From a virus, in the IMG/VR virus record IMGVR_UViG_3300049489_000707, positions 131,035-163,034 of that record: a stretch of DNA of 32,000 nucleotides. One strand, given 5' to 3'. A program made the position numbers and the translations under genes. Numbering within the stretch: the stretch's first letter is position 1; each line of letters opens with the position of its first letter. Below the pieces are notes generated by a model. The model searched no databases. It saw only the letters and a list, made by a program, of their open reading frames with translations, and had not been told where the DNA came from. Of the stretch, positions 7,576 to 14,720 are shown one piece after another.

Positions 7576-8138
7576 CCTGCATCGTCGGCCTCGTGGTGGG
7601 CGACCGTGTCGTCATCGGCGGAGACTCCGCCGCTGGCACCCATGGCTGGGGTATTCAGGCACGGGTCGACTCCAAGGTCGGCAACGTCGGTGAGTTCGTG
7701 TTCGGCTTCACCGACAGCTTCCGCATGGGCCAGGTACTTCTCTACCGCTTCACCCCACCGCCGATTGAAGGCGAACTGATGGCCTACATGGTGGGGCCGT
7801 TCATCGACGAGCTGCGTCGCACCTTCCGAACTGCCGGCTACGCTGAGCGTCAAAACGAGCGCGAGTCTGGGGGCACCTTCCTGGTGGGCGTTCGAGGCCG
7901 ACTCTTTCGCATCTCCAGCGACTACCAGGTGGGCGAGTCGAAGGACAGCTATGATGCCGTGGGCTGTGGAGCTGACATCGCCCTGGGTAGCATGTACTCC
8001 TCAGGCCTCGCCATCGAGCAAGCCCCGAAGGCTCGTATCCTGGAGGCGTTGTCGGCCGCTGAGCACTTCAGCGGTGGCGTACGTAGGCCATTCAACATCG
8101 TTGTGACCCCGCTTGCTTCTCTCCCCGACCCACTGTAA
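7572..8138 (+). CDS. Ntn-hydrolase, HslV/proteasome-beta-like peptidase
   Basis: Internal ATG of ORF 7476..8138 (ATGA overlap). MTCIVGLVVGDRVVIGGDS...FVFGFTDSF...AVGCGADIALG aligns by eye with HslV TTIV...VVIAGDGQ...AGFAGG...AIGSGG. Confidence 0.6.
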   Translation: MTCIVGLVVGDRVVIGGDSAAGTHGWGIQARVDSKVGNVGEFVFGFTDSFRMGQVLLYRFTPPPIEGELMAYMVGPFIDELRRTFRTAGYAERQNERESGGTFLVGVRGRLFRISSDYQVGESKDSYDAVGCGADIALGSMYSSGLAIEQAPKARILEALSAAEHFSGGVRRPFNIVVTPLASLPDPL

Positions 8139-8148
8139 GGTACAAGAC

Positions 8149-8373
8149 ATGCCAGACAACACTCCAGAAGACCCGGTGCAGCTCACACAAGAAGAGACCG
8201 AGGAGGTGGCCATGGCCCTGGGCCATATTCTCATTGCCACCACAGCAGAGTACTGTCATCAGATGGGACTGTCGATGGCCGACCCCAACACGCAACAGCT
8301 CGTTCGTGTAGTCCTGATGGGACTGCTCAAGACGTTGCCGGGTAGTGAACAAGCTCCTGAAGCAAAGGCCTGA
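8149..8373 (+). CDS. Hypothetical acidic protein (74 aa)
   Basis: Internal ATG of ORF 8113..8373 (MPDNTPEDPVQLTQEE...). Confidence 0.55.
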   Translation: MPDNTPEDPVQLTQEETEEVAMALGHILIATTAEYCHQMGLSMADPNTQQLVRVVLMGLLKTLPGSEQAPEAKA

Positions 8374-8375
8374 CC

Positions 8376-8735
8376 ATGCCGTACATGATCCGCAATGGCC
8401 AAGGCCTCTTCAGTACAGGCGGCGGTCATCCCAGCTTCCGAGAAGATGGCAAGATGTGGAAGACCCTCGGCCAGGTCAAGTCGCACCTCGCCATGTTCCG
8501 TACATACCAGGGCGTCAACCAGGTCCCCGCTGACTGGGAGGTCGTCGAGGTTCAACTGAAGCTGTTGAGCGGCGAGAACGCCCGTGCGCTGGTCCAACCT
8601 CTGGCCGACAAACAGGCTGAGCGCCAGGCTCAGTACAAGAACCGATTCGAGAAAGAGCGGGCTGACCGGGAGAAGGCGGAATTCAAGCGTCTGCAGAAAA
8701 AGTACGACCCAGCTCACGCACCGGGGCACGAATGA
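8376..8735 (+). CDS. Hypothetical protein (119 aa)
   Basis: ORF track. ATG 3 nt after the previous stop. Confidence 0.6.
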   Translation: MPYMIRNGQGLFSTGGGHPSFREDGKMWKTLGQVKSHLAMFRTYQGVNQVPADWEVVEVQLKLLSGENARALVQPLADKQAERQAQYKNRFEKERADREKAEFKRLQKKYDPAHAPGHE

Positions 8736-8989
8736 ACGAGAATCCGTGGAACACGCCGAACTTTCCCAAGAATTTCAGTCAAGACGAGCTGAACGACAAG
8801 CGTCGTGCTTCCATCAACTGGCTGCGCGAGAACTACTCGCACATCTGGCGACACCCGAGGCTGAGTGCCCACCGGAAGGCCGGTTTCCTGGCTGCGTGCT
8901 GCGACAGCCGTCGGTGCTACCTGGCCACTCTCGACCTGCCTGAGCGGGTTGAACACATCTACGTTGCACTGGTTCAAGAGGGTTTGTAA
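8732..8989 (+). CDS. Hypothetical protein (85 aa)
   Basis: ORF track. ATGA overlap with the upstream gene. Confidence 0.6.
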   Translation: MNENPWNTPNFPKNFSQDELNDKRRASINWLRENYSHIWRHPRLSAHRKAGFLAACCDSRRCYLATLDLPERVEHIYVALVQEGL

Positions 8990-8997
8990 TGGTGCCC

Positions 8998-9073
8998 GCC
9001 TCCGTAGCTCCAATGGCCAGAGCGTCCAGAGTAATGACCTGGAAGGTTGTGGGTTCAAATCCCACCGGGGGCA
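8998..9073 (+). tRNA. tRNA with apparent 9-nt anticodon loop (AGTAATGAC); isotype undetermined
   Basis: Hand fold: acceptor GCCTCCG/CGGGGGC (one G-U pair), U8, D arm GCTC-CAATGGCCA-GAGC, anticodon stem TCCAG/CTGGA enclosing 9 nt, variable AGGTT, T arm GTGGG-TTCAAAT-CCCAC, discriminator A. No CCA encoded. Confidence 0.7.
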
Positions 9074-9076
9074 CTG

Positions 9077-9232
9077 ATGAGTGACTGCGATCATCGTTGG
9101 CTGCTGGTACCTGGCGGTGAGGTTGGTGGCATCATGGTGCTTGGCTATTGGGTCTGCGTCAAGTGCAACCGCAAGGGCCCCAGCAGTCGATTCAAGTGCC
9201 CAGGCAAGTCCGTCTTCACGGAGGAAACATGA
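9077..9232 (+). CDS. Small zinc-ribbon-like protein (51 aa)
   Basis: Internal ATG of ORF 9047..9232; the longer start would lie inside the tRNA. CVKCNRKGPSSRFKC. Confidence 0.45.
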   Translation: MSDCDHRWLLVPGGEVGGIMVLGYWVCVKCNRKGPSSRFKCPGKSVFTEET

Positions 9233-9438
9233 GCGAAGTCAAAGACACACGAGAAGAGACGAAGTCCCGCCGTTGGCTGGCCATCTACGGGGCGATGATT
9301 GCTGCCGAGTGCATGGAGTACCGACTGCGCACCACCTGCTGCGTTTCAGAAAAGATGATGCGCGGCATCATGGAAGAGGCTGCGGCCATCGCCGACCTCG
9401 AAATCGAAGCCTCACAGGACAACGATGAAGTCCTCTAA
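9229..9438 (+). CDS. Hypothetical protein (69 aa)
   Basis: Internal ATG of ORF 9148..9438 (MSEVKDTREE...). ATGA overlap; GGAGGA upstream. Confidence 0.55.
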   Translation: MSEVKDTREETKSRRWLAIYGAMIAAECMEYRLRTTCCVSEKMMRGIMEEAAAIADLEIEASQDNDEVL

Positions 9439-9709
9439 GCCCTTCACCAAGAAAGAGCTGGCCTGGGCCCGCAAGCAGGCGAAGCTCCTCGGGGTCAAAG
9501 ATGGCCCCGAGGCGTTCCTGGAGATGCGCTGGTCAGAGGTTACGAAGCTTGCTGCAGAGCGGGGTCTGACGTGGGTGATTCAGGACTTGCCAAATCCGGC
9601 CGGAGGTACTCTTCCTGCCATCCCACTGTCACCCACTCCTTCTGCTGCGCCCGGTCGTAAGGCTCGACGACCTTCTTCGTCACGCCCAAAGAGTCGCCGA
9701 CGTACTTGA
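9425..9709 (+). CDS. Hypothetical protein (94 aa); C-terminal third is low-complexity and overlaps the convergent gene
   Basis: ORF track. The N-terminal 55 aa look protein-like. The P/S/R-rich tail overlaps 9540..9911 on the other strand. Confidence 0.4.
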   Translation: MKSSKPFTKKELAWARKQAKLLGVKDGPEAFLEMRWSEVTKLAAERGLTWVIQDLPNPAGGTLPAIPLSPTPSAAPGRKARRPSSSRPKSRRRT

Positions 9710-9911
9710 CCGTCTGCGTCATGTGAAGGCGGTTCCTCAGCTCGGCTCGGAGCATGTACATGCGCGTCGCCAGCCCCTTCAGCTGAACCAGTGCGGACCA
9801 CTCGTCGCCTGACGGCATGCGACCTGGTGTTCTGATCCACTCCTTCAGTGCTCCGATTTCGGTTTCGATTCTAATGCGCTCTTTGTTCCACTTCTCGATG
9901 TCTAGTTTCAC
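9540..9911 (-). CDS. Hypothetical protein (123 aa)
   Basis: ORF track. GTG start with AGGAG 6 nt upstream. Coiled-coil-like N-terminus. Confidence 0.6.
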   Translation of the reverse strand: MKLDIEKWNKERIRIETEIGALKEWIRTPGRMPSGDEWSALVQLKGLATRMYMLRAELRNRLHMTQTVKYVGDSLGVTKKVVEPYDRAQQKEWVTVGWQEEYLRPDLASPESPTSDPALQQAS

Positions 9912-9919
9912 GTTGGCTC

Positions 9920-10165
9920 CTATCGTACAAGCGCAAAGCGGGCCATCGCCTTGCGCAGGCTTTTGCTCCTGACCTGCGGCTGAATGCCGATGGCCATGAG
10001 CTGGTTGTTGAGGTCTGGTTCGCGGATTGCCACATGGGCAATGCCAAGGCCCAAGAGCTTGCGCTCCAAGTCCATCAGGGCTTGTTCGTTGGGCACTTCG
10101 AGGGCCACCGCATGGGTGGTGTTCGGGAGATTACCTGGGGCACTCTCACCGGCGGCATGAATCAA
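9920..10165 (-). CDS. Minimal PTH2-like (peptidyl-tRNA hydrolase 2 fold) protein; true N-terminus probably further upstream
   Basis: TTG start in the ORF track. The in-frame upstream sequence HHYCIIRSDLPRGVQFAQ (to 10219) aligns with QVIVMRKDLKMRRGKEIAQGAHA of the PTH2 gene at 29911. The C-terminal half aligns with ...VCLQVDSEEEL...CVAIGP.... Confidence 0.5.
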   Translation of the reverse strand: MIHAAGESAPGNLPNTTHAVALEVPNEQALMDLERKLLGLGIAHVAIREPDLNNQLMAIGIQPQVRSKSLRKAMARFALVR

Positions 10166-10219
10166 CTGGGCGAACTGAACGCCTCTCGGGAGATCCGACC
10201 GGATGATGCAGTAGTGATG

Positions 10220-10273
10220 AAAAAATGAGACCGTCTCAGACTCCCCTGATGGGGACTGACCTGAGACGGTCTC
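10220..10273 (-). terminator. Rho-independent terminator (13-bp perfect stem, inner 5-bp stem, T6 tail)
   Basis: GAGACCGTCTCAG (10227-10239) pairs with CTGAGACGGTCTC (10261-10273). Inner stem TCCCC/GGGGA. On the minus strand it is followed by A + TTTTTT (10225-10220). Confidence 0.75.
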
Positions 10274-10343
10274 GGAACCAAGTTTGTCGGCGGGCAGCCC
10301 GCTGCTGTCAATGCTCTGAGTTCATGGAATTCATTCTACCGCA

Positions 10344-10349
10344 AGATTA
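10344..10349 (-). promoter_or_regulatory. AATCTT-family motif (TAATCT) overlapping the endolysin TAA stop
   Basis: Minus-sense CGAACCGTAATCTTGCGGTAGAATG, about 70 nt upstream of the terminator hairpin. Confidence 0.35.
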
Positions 10350-10979
10350 CGGTTCGTCAACCGGCTTCGACTCATCTGCCGGCGGGGGGAGGACAACCGC
10401 AGGCTTCGCCGCTTTCGGCTTCACGCCCCAGGTGGCTCTCTTAAGCCAGTTCTTGCGAAACTTGGCCAGGGCTGGGTTGCGGACGATGATCCGCTCGTAG
10501 TAGGCGGCCATCTCATCGCCAAAGGCCCTCACGAAGTCCTCTGGATTGCAGGCGTTGATGGCGGCAAACGACTTGTCGCCCAGGCTGCCGTCGACCTTCA
10601 GTTCGGGACTTGCGCCCAGGGTGTTGCAGGCTCGCTGGGCGAACTCCGCACAGCGCTTCGGGCCCATGTTCACGGCCGAGTCCATCATCTTGGTGGCGGC
10701 GGTCTGGTCGACCACCCTGCCGTAACCCCACTGGTTCCAGAAGTACTTCCGGTACAGGCTCTCGCAGGTCGCTCTGCTGACAGCCTTCAGGCACCCGGGG
10801 AAGAAGTTGACATGAGGCAGGCCGAGGTCCTGAGGGGTCAGCCCGAGACGCTTGATAGTGAGCATGGACCAGCCCCAGACGGTCTCACCACCCGGATCAG
10901 CCGGGTCGTCGACCCAGAAGTTGGTGGGGGTGCCCTCGTGGGCCATGATGACAGGAATCGCTGCTTCAAAAGTGCTCAT
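10347..10979 (-). CDS. Endolysin: GH108-type muramidase with C-terminal peptidoglycan-binding region
   Basis: ORF 10347..11129 trimmed to MSTFEAAIPVIMAHEGTPTNFWVDDPADPGGETVWG (EGG...D..DpGG.T..G motif of GH108). KVDGSLGDKSFAAIN resembles a PG_binding_3-type module. Confidence 0.75.
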   Translation of the reverse strand: MSTFEAAIPVIMAHEGTPTNFWVDDPADPGGETVWGWSMLTIKRLGLTPQDLGLPHVNFFPGCLKAVSRATCESLYRKYFWNQWGYGRVVDQTAATKMMDSAVNMGPKRCAEFAQRACNTLGASPELKVDGSLGDKSFAAINACNPEDFVRAFGDEMAAYYERIIVRNPALAKFRKNWLKRATWGVKPKAAKPAVVLPPPADESKPVDEP

Positions 10980-10984
10980 TGTTC

Positions 10985-11902
10985 TTACCCTGGCTTCAGG
11001 TTGTCCTGGTGGAGGTAGTCTTCGTGGTACTGATTCAGCTTCGGGTTCCACCACTTGACCTCGTAGTAGTGTCCCGGGCCGTCGATGTCGTTGTCTTGGT
11101 ACTGGGCCGACGTCACCTTGCCCTTCCAAGGGACGGCCTGCTGGTCGACGTGGGTCACGGTCTGGCCCGGCTTGTACAGCTGGCCGCCGGCCTTCAGCTT
11201 CGCCTTCTTGGCCTCGGTCTCACGCTGTCGAGCCAGCTCGTGAAAGCCTGGGTCGCTCATCATGGCGTGATGGGCGTCTGCGAGAATGCCCTCCACCTTG
11301 GTGCGAGCCAGCTGCTTGCGAGCCTCGATTTTGGGGACGATCGACGACACGCCGTCTGCTACCTGGGGGCCTGCAGCTGCAGTCTCTTTGACGGCCGCGT
11401 CCCACCCTGCCGGGACCTTGGCTGGGGTTGCAGCTGGGGCAGGTTTAGCCGCCGGCTTCTTGAAAGGAAGCACCTTGCCGTCTGCCTTAGCCAGCTCGCC
11501 CTTCTTCTCTTCCTTGGCCGGCTTGTCCTGGAGCAGGAACGCATCGCCTCGATGCGGCTTGAAGCGGTAGAAGTTCTCCTGCTTATCGGCCAGGCCCTGA
11601 ATCTCGTGGGGAACCGGCCCCATGGGGTCAAGGCCCAACTCCTTCATGTGCAGCTGGTACATCATGCCGTGCTTGTGGCCTTCCTCGTGGCTGCCTGCCG
11701 CCTGAGCTGCCTTGAGCCCCTGCATGTGGTACGCTGCTGCCTCACGGTGCTTGTCCTGCTTGTACTCGTGGTGAGCGCGGTGCTCGGCGTCTGGCCGGGC
11801 CATGCGGTGCTTGAACTCGTAGACTGCCGCCCTGGATTCCAGGTCGTGCTTGTCTTCGTCCTTGGCAATCTTCCGACCGTTCCAGCTTGGTGCGTTATCC
11901 AT
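10985..11902 (-). CDS. Hypothetical His/Lys-rich protein (305 aa)
   Basis: ORF track. ATG start, 8-nt overlap with the upstream gene. The antisense ORF 10979..11914 is rejected. Confidence 0.65.
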   Translation of the reverse strand: MDNAPSWNGRKIAKDEDKHDLESRAAVYEFKHRMARPDAEHRAHHEYKQDKHREAAAYHMQGLKAAQAAGSHEEGHKHGMMYQLHMKELGLDPMGPVPHEIQGLADKQENFYRFKPHRGDAFLLQDKPAKEEKKGELAKADGKVLPFKKPAAKPAPAATPAKVPAGWDAAVKETAAAGPQVADGVSSIVPKIEARKQLARTKVEGILADAHHAMMSDPGFHELARQRETEAKKAKLKAGGQLYKPGQTVTHVDQQAVPWKGKVTSAQYQDNDIDGPGHYYEVKWWNPKLNQYHEDYLHQDNLKPG

Positions 11903-13196
11903 TGCGGCTCCTGAACGTCTTCATCAGTGCCTTGACCGTCTCAGCGTCGATGTTGGAGCTGAAGTCCAGCACGTAGCCGTCACCGTAGGCTGTGGTCTTG
12001 ATGCTCTTGGCGAGGTCGCGGAAGCAGATGCAACCCTTGAATTTGTTGTTCTCGAACTGGTGGCCTTCGCAGATTTCACAGGGCCGCTCGGCTTCGGACT
12101 TGCCGACAGCGAGGCCTGGTTGCTTGGGAGCCTTGGGGAGCTTGGGCTTCGGCGCTGCGCCTTGAGTGGCCTGGCCCATGGTCGGCTGCTTCTGCGGAGG
12201 CATGGCGCCTTGAGGGCCTTGCTGCGCGGTAGGCTTGTGGCTGCTGCCTGGTAGCTCGACCTTGCCGAACTGAGGATTCTTCGCGTTGCCGGCCCAGAGC
12301 GCTTCGCCCTCGTCCGTTTGTAGCTTTGATGGATGCACTGTTTTTCCTGTAACTTTCTGGGCGTGGGCATACATCGCCGACGCAACACCTCGACGCTGAT
12401 GAGCTTCATCAACGCCAACGGTGCCAGCAACCAGGGCGTTGCCATGGTGCTTGAAAGTGGCGACACCAACTGGGTCGCCGATGTGGTCTGGGTGAAATGC
12501 CCGGACGGTAGTCATTGAGCCGTTGTGCTCATGATGAAAGGTGTAGCCGGCGTTCGGGTCCAAGACCTTCTTACCCAAGCCAGGCTTGAACTCACCCTTG
12601 TACTTCTTCTGATGCCAGTTGGCGATCTCGCCCGCGTCTTTCAGATTGCCGATGCCGCGCTGGACGGTCGACTTGGAGAGGGTGTGAACTACCAGGTAGG
12701 GGCGCTCTGATGAGCTGTCACGCTCTACGTGGTAGTGACCGTGCTGGGTGATAGTCTGGGGACTGAGCACCTTGGGTGACTTCAGTTCCTGCATCAGCAC
12801 CTGGGCCTTGGCCAGGGTGTCGATGCTCTTGCCGAGCTTCACCAGTACAGTGTCACGGACATCGGCGTCAAGAGTACCGGTCTCTACGCCCAGGGCCATG
12901 GCGATGCTGGCAGCGAGGTGGTAAATGCTGGCTTGCTCGAAGCTGTAAACGCCTTCGTTGAGGGTGATACTGCCACTGAAGCCACTGTCCGACTTCTGAA
13001 ACTGGACGTAGCTGTTCTCGATGCCTGGGATTGGCCCCTCGTACTCGTGGGCAGCGGTGAATGAGAGCCAGCCTACAATGGCGCGGGGGATGAGGATTTG
13101 ATCCAGCTGAGGCTCACGCTCAGCAGCCTTCCGCAGGGCTTGTGCCCCGTCGGTACCCAGCGCTGCTGCCATGAATTTCCTGCCCAAGTCGGACAT
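11895..13196 (-). CDS. Hypothetical protein with GNAT-like segment and C-terminal Cys cluster (433 aa)
   Basis: ORF 11895..13208 (TTG) trimmed to ATG MSDLGRK with GGAGAC upstream. VGVDEAHQRRGVASAMYAHAQ resembles GNAT motif A. CEICEGHQFENNKFKGCIC. Confidence 0.65.
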   Translation of the reverse strand: MSDLGRKFMAAALGTDGAQALRKAAEREPQLDQILIPRAIVGWLSFTAAHEYEGPIPGIENSYVQFQKSDSGFSGSITLNEGVYSFEQASIYHLAASIAMALGVETGTLDADVRDTVLVKLGKSIDTLAKAQVLMQELKSPKVLSPQTITQHGHYHVERDSSSERPYLVVHTLSKSTVQRGIGNLKDAGEIANWHQKKYKGEFKPGLGKKVLDPNAGYTFHHEHNGSMTTVRAFHPDHIGDPVGVATFKHHGNALVAGTVGVDEAHQRRGVASAMYAHAQKVTGKTVHPSKLQTDEGEALWAGNAKNPQFGKVELPGSSHKPTAQQGPQGAMPPQKQPTMGQATQGAAPKPKLPKAPKQPGLAVGKSEAERPCEICEGHQFENNKFKGCICFRDLAKSIKTTAYGDGYVLDFSSNIDAETVKALMKTFRSRNG

Positions 13197-13213
13197 CGTC
13201 GTCTCCAAGGCTA

Positions 13214-13219
13214 AGATTA
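13214..13219 (-). promoter_or_regulatory. AATCTT-family motif (TAATCT) overlapping a TAA stop, 17 nt upstream of ATG 13196
   Basis: Minus-sense GGCCGAGGTAATCTTAGCCTTGGAGACGACGATG. Confidence 0.35.
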
Positions 13220-14083
13220 CCTCGGCCCAAAGCCACCATCTTCGGGCTCAGGGGTTTGTCGGGGGCTCTCGGGGCCCGAGTCTTTGTTCTTGGGGTCTCG
13301 TCGTGCTTGGTCGTCGTGGCTCTCGTTGAGGAACAGGAACTCTCGGTTGAGAAGAGCCTGCTGAGGCATGCGAACGAGGGTTCGGTCGTCGTTGATGGGC
13401 GACTCCACCTGGGCCACGCGAATCTCGTGCAGGAGCCGGGCGCAGTACCAGAAGGGCCGGTAGCGGTAGCGAATGCTGATGACAGCGCCCCGGCCCGTCT
13501 CCAGGTCGTCGATGGGGCGTTTGCCGTTGGGCAACCAGTTCACTTGCCCATTCTTGAGGCAGAAGTCTTGTCCTTCCTTGTAGGAATCACCACGAGAGTC
13601 CACCAGATTTTCAACGGTCACAGCGGGGAATGCCAGGCGCTCGGTCCCGCTCTCGTTGCATCGGCTCAGCTGCCACGTGGGCACTGTGATAGACTCTTCG
13701 TTGAGGTAGAAGCGGTCGAACGGGGCAAGGTAAAAGTCTTTACCTTCCTCGTATTGGCGCGGGAAGCTGGCTGTAAAGCTCGCACCGTCCACAAAGCCAA
13801 CATCCCGCAAATCCTGCTTGTTTTGGTTCCCGACGAGCAGTGACTTGATGCAGCCGGCCTTGCTGTAGAGGTAGCCGTTGCTGCAGCCGGCGTGGTCTTC
13901 ATGAGGCCTGCGGTTGTCGTCCAGGTCGGTCATCCCTACTGGACAGCGAAGGGCCACGTAGTGGACCAGCTGAACGCCGTGGCTACGAATGGCCTGGTCA
14001 AAAGCCTCAGCGTCAAAGCTGACCTGGACCTCACGATGGTCGATGTTCAACGTCTCAACTGGGCTGCGGCCGTTCCTTGCCAT
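13217..14083 (-). CDS. Hypothetical (probably structural) protein (288 aa)
   Basis: ORF track. ATG start, globular composition, no family recognised. Confidence 0.65.
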   Translation of the reverse strand: MARNGRSPVETLNIDHREVQVSFDAEAFDQAIRSHGVQLVHYVALRCPVGMTDLDDNRRPHEDHAGCSNGYLYSKAGCIKSLLVGNQNKQDLRDVGFVDGASFTASFPRQYEEGKDFYLAPFDRFYLNEESITVPTWQLSRCNESGTERLAFPAVTVENLVDSRGDSYKEGQDFCLKNGQVNWLPNGKRPIDDLETGRGAVISIRYRYRPFWYCARLLHEIRVAQVESPINDDRTLVRMPQQALLNREFLFLNESHDDQARRDPKNKDSGPESPRQTPEPEDGGFGPR

Positions 14084-14085
14084 GG

Positions 14086-14409
14086 TTACTTCACCGGCTC
14101 GGCCGTCTCACAGATGGCTCGGAGTGCATCGGTGAGGTTCTCGTACTTGGGGAGCACCAACTCGAAGGCCTCGATGTCGACATGGTCGGACTTGCTCAGC
14201 TCAGACCAGACGATTTCCGGCTCATGCTTCTGAGCGATATGACGCGCCACAGCACGGTGGGGGCCAGTACCTAGGGTCTCGTAGCCAGTGCCGCCGGGGG
14301 TGACCAGGATGTGGAGGCCGCCCTTCGTGCGCAGGTGATAGACGGGCTTGCCGTGTAGGTTGCCCACCTTCTTGGGTTTTTCGTCGATTTGTTTCGCGCT
14401 AAGGTCCAT
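14086..14409 (-). CDS. Hypothetical protein (107 aa)
   Basis: ORF 14086..14427 (TTG) trimmed to ATG MDLSAKQ with AAGGAG upstream. Confidence 0.6.
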   Translation of the reverse strand: MDLSAKQIDEKPKKVGNLHGKPVYHLRTKGGLHILVTPGGTGYETLGTGPHRAVARHIAQKHEPEIVWSELSKSDHVDIEAFELVLPKYENLTDALRAICETAEPVK

Positions 14410-14432
14410 TTGAGACTCCTTCTTCAAAAAGA

Positions 14433-14438
14433 AGATTG
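14433..14438 (-). promoter_or_regulatory. AATCTT-family motif (CAATCT variant), 23 nt upstream of ATG 14409
   Basis: Minus-sense GGCCGGCAATCTTCTTTTTGAAGAAGGAGTCTCAAATG. Confidence 0.4.
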
Positions 14439-14444
14439 CCGGCC

Positions 14445-14473
14445 TTGACGGGCGTTTTGGGGCCTGATAGGGT
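14445..14473 (+). promoter_or_regulatory. Sigma70-type promoter TTGACG-17-TAGGGT, 7 nt before ATG 14481
   Basis: TTGACG 14445-14450, TAGGGT 14468-14473, ATG 14481. Confidence 0.55.
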
Positions 14474-14480
14474 GCGTCTC

Positions 14481-14720
14481 ATGAAAACGAACCTCGGCAC
14501 CAAGGTCTACTACACCGGCGACATGGCCAACAGCAGCGGCAACTTCGAGGTGGTAGACTTCGCAGGAAGCTACGTCACCCTTCGAGAGATTGACGGAGAG
14601 GGCCGGCGGTTCCAGGGGATTCACACCCACCAGATCGGCGACGTCTACCAGGGCCACTGCAACCCCCGCTTCGTCACCGAAGAGGCCCGTCAGGCCTTCC
14701 GGAAGGCGAGGGGCCTGTGA
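14481..14720 (+). CDS. Hypothetical protein (79 aa)
   Basis: Internal ATG of ORF 14436..14720 (MKTNLGTKVYYTGD...). Confidence 0.6.
   Translation: MKTNLGTKVYYTGDMANSSGNFEVVDFAGSYVTLREIDGEGRRFQGIHTHQIGDVYQGHCNPRFVTEEARQAFRKARGL

Noticed and set aside
10225-10500. 91-aa plus-strand ORF between the PTH2-like gene and the endolysin
   Set aside because: It runs through the terminator hairpin and the 3' end of the endolysin gene in antisense. Its composition is not protein-like.
10979-11914. 311-aa plus-strand ORF opposite gene 10985..11902
   Set aside because: Leu/Val/Arg-rich antisense artefact. The minus frame is coupled to neighbouring genes by short overlaps.
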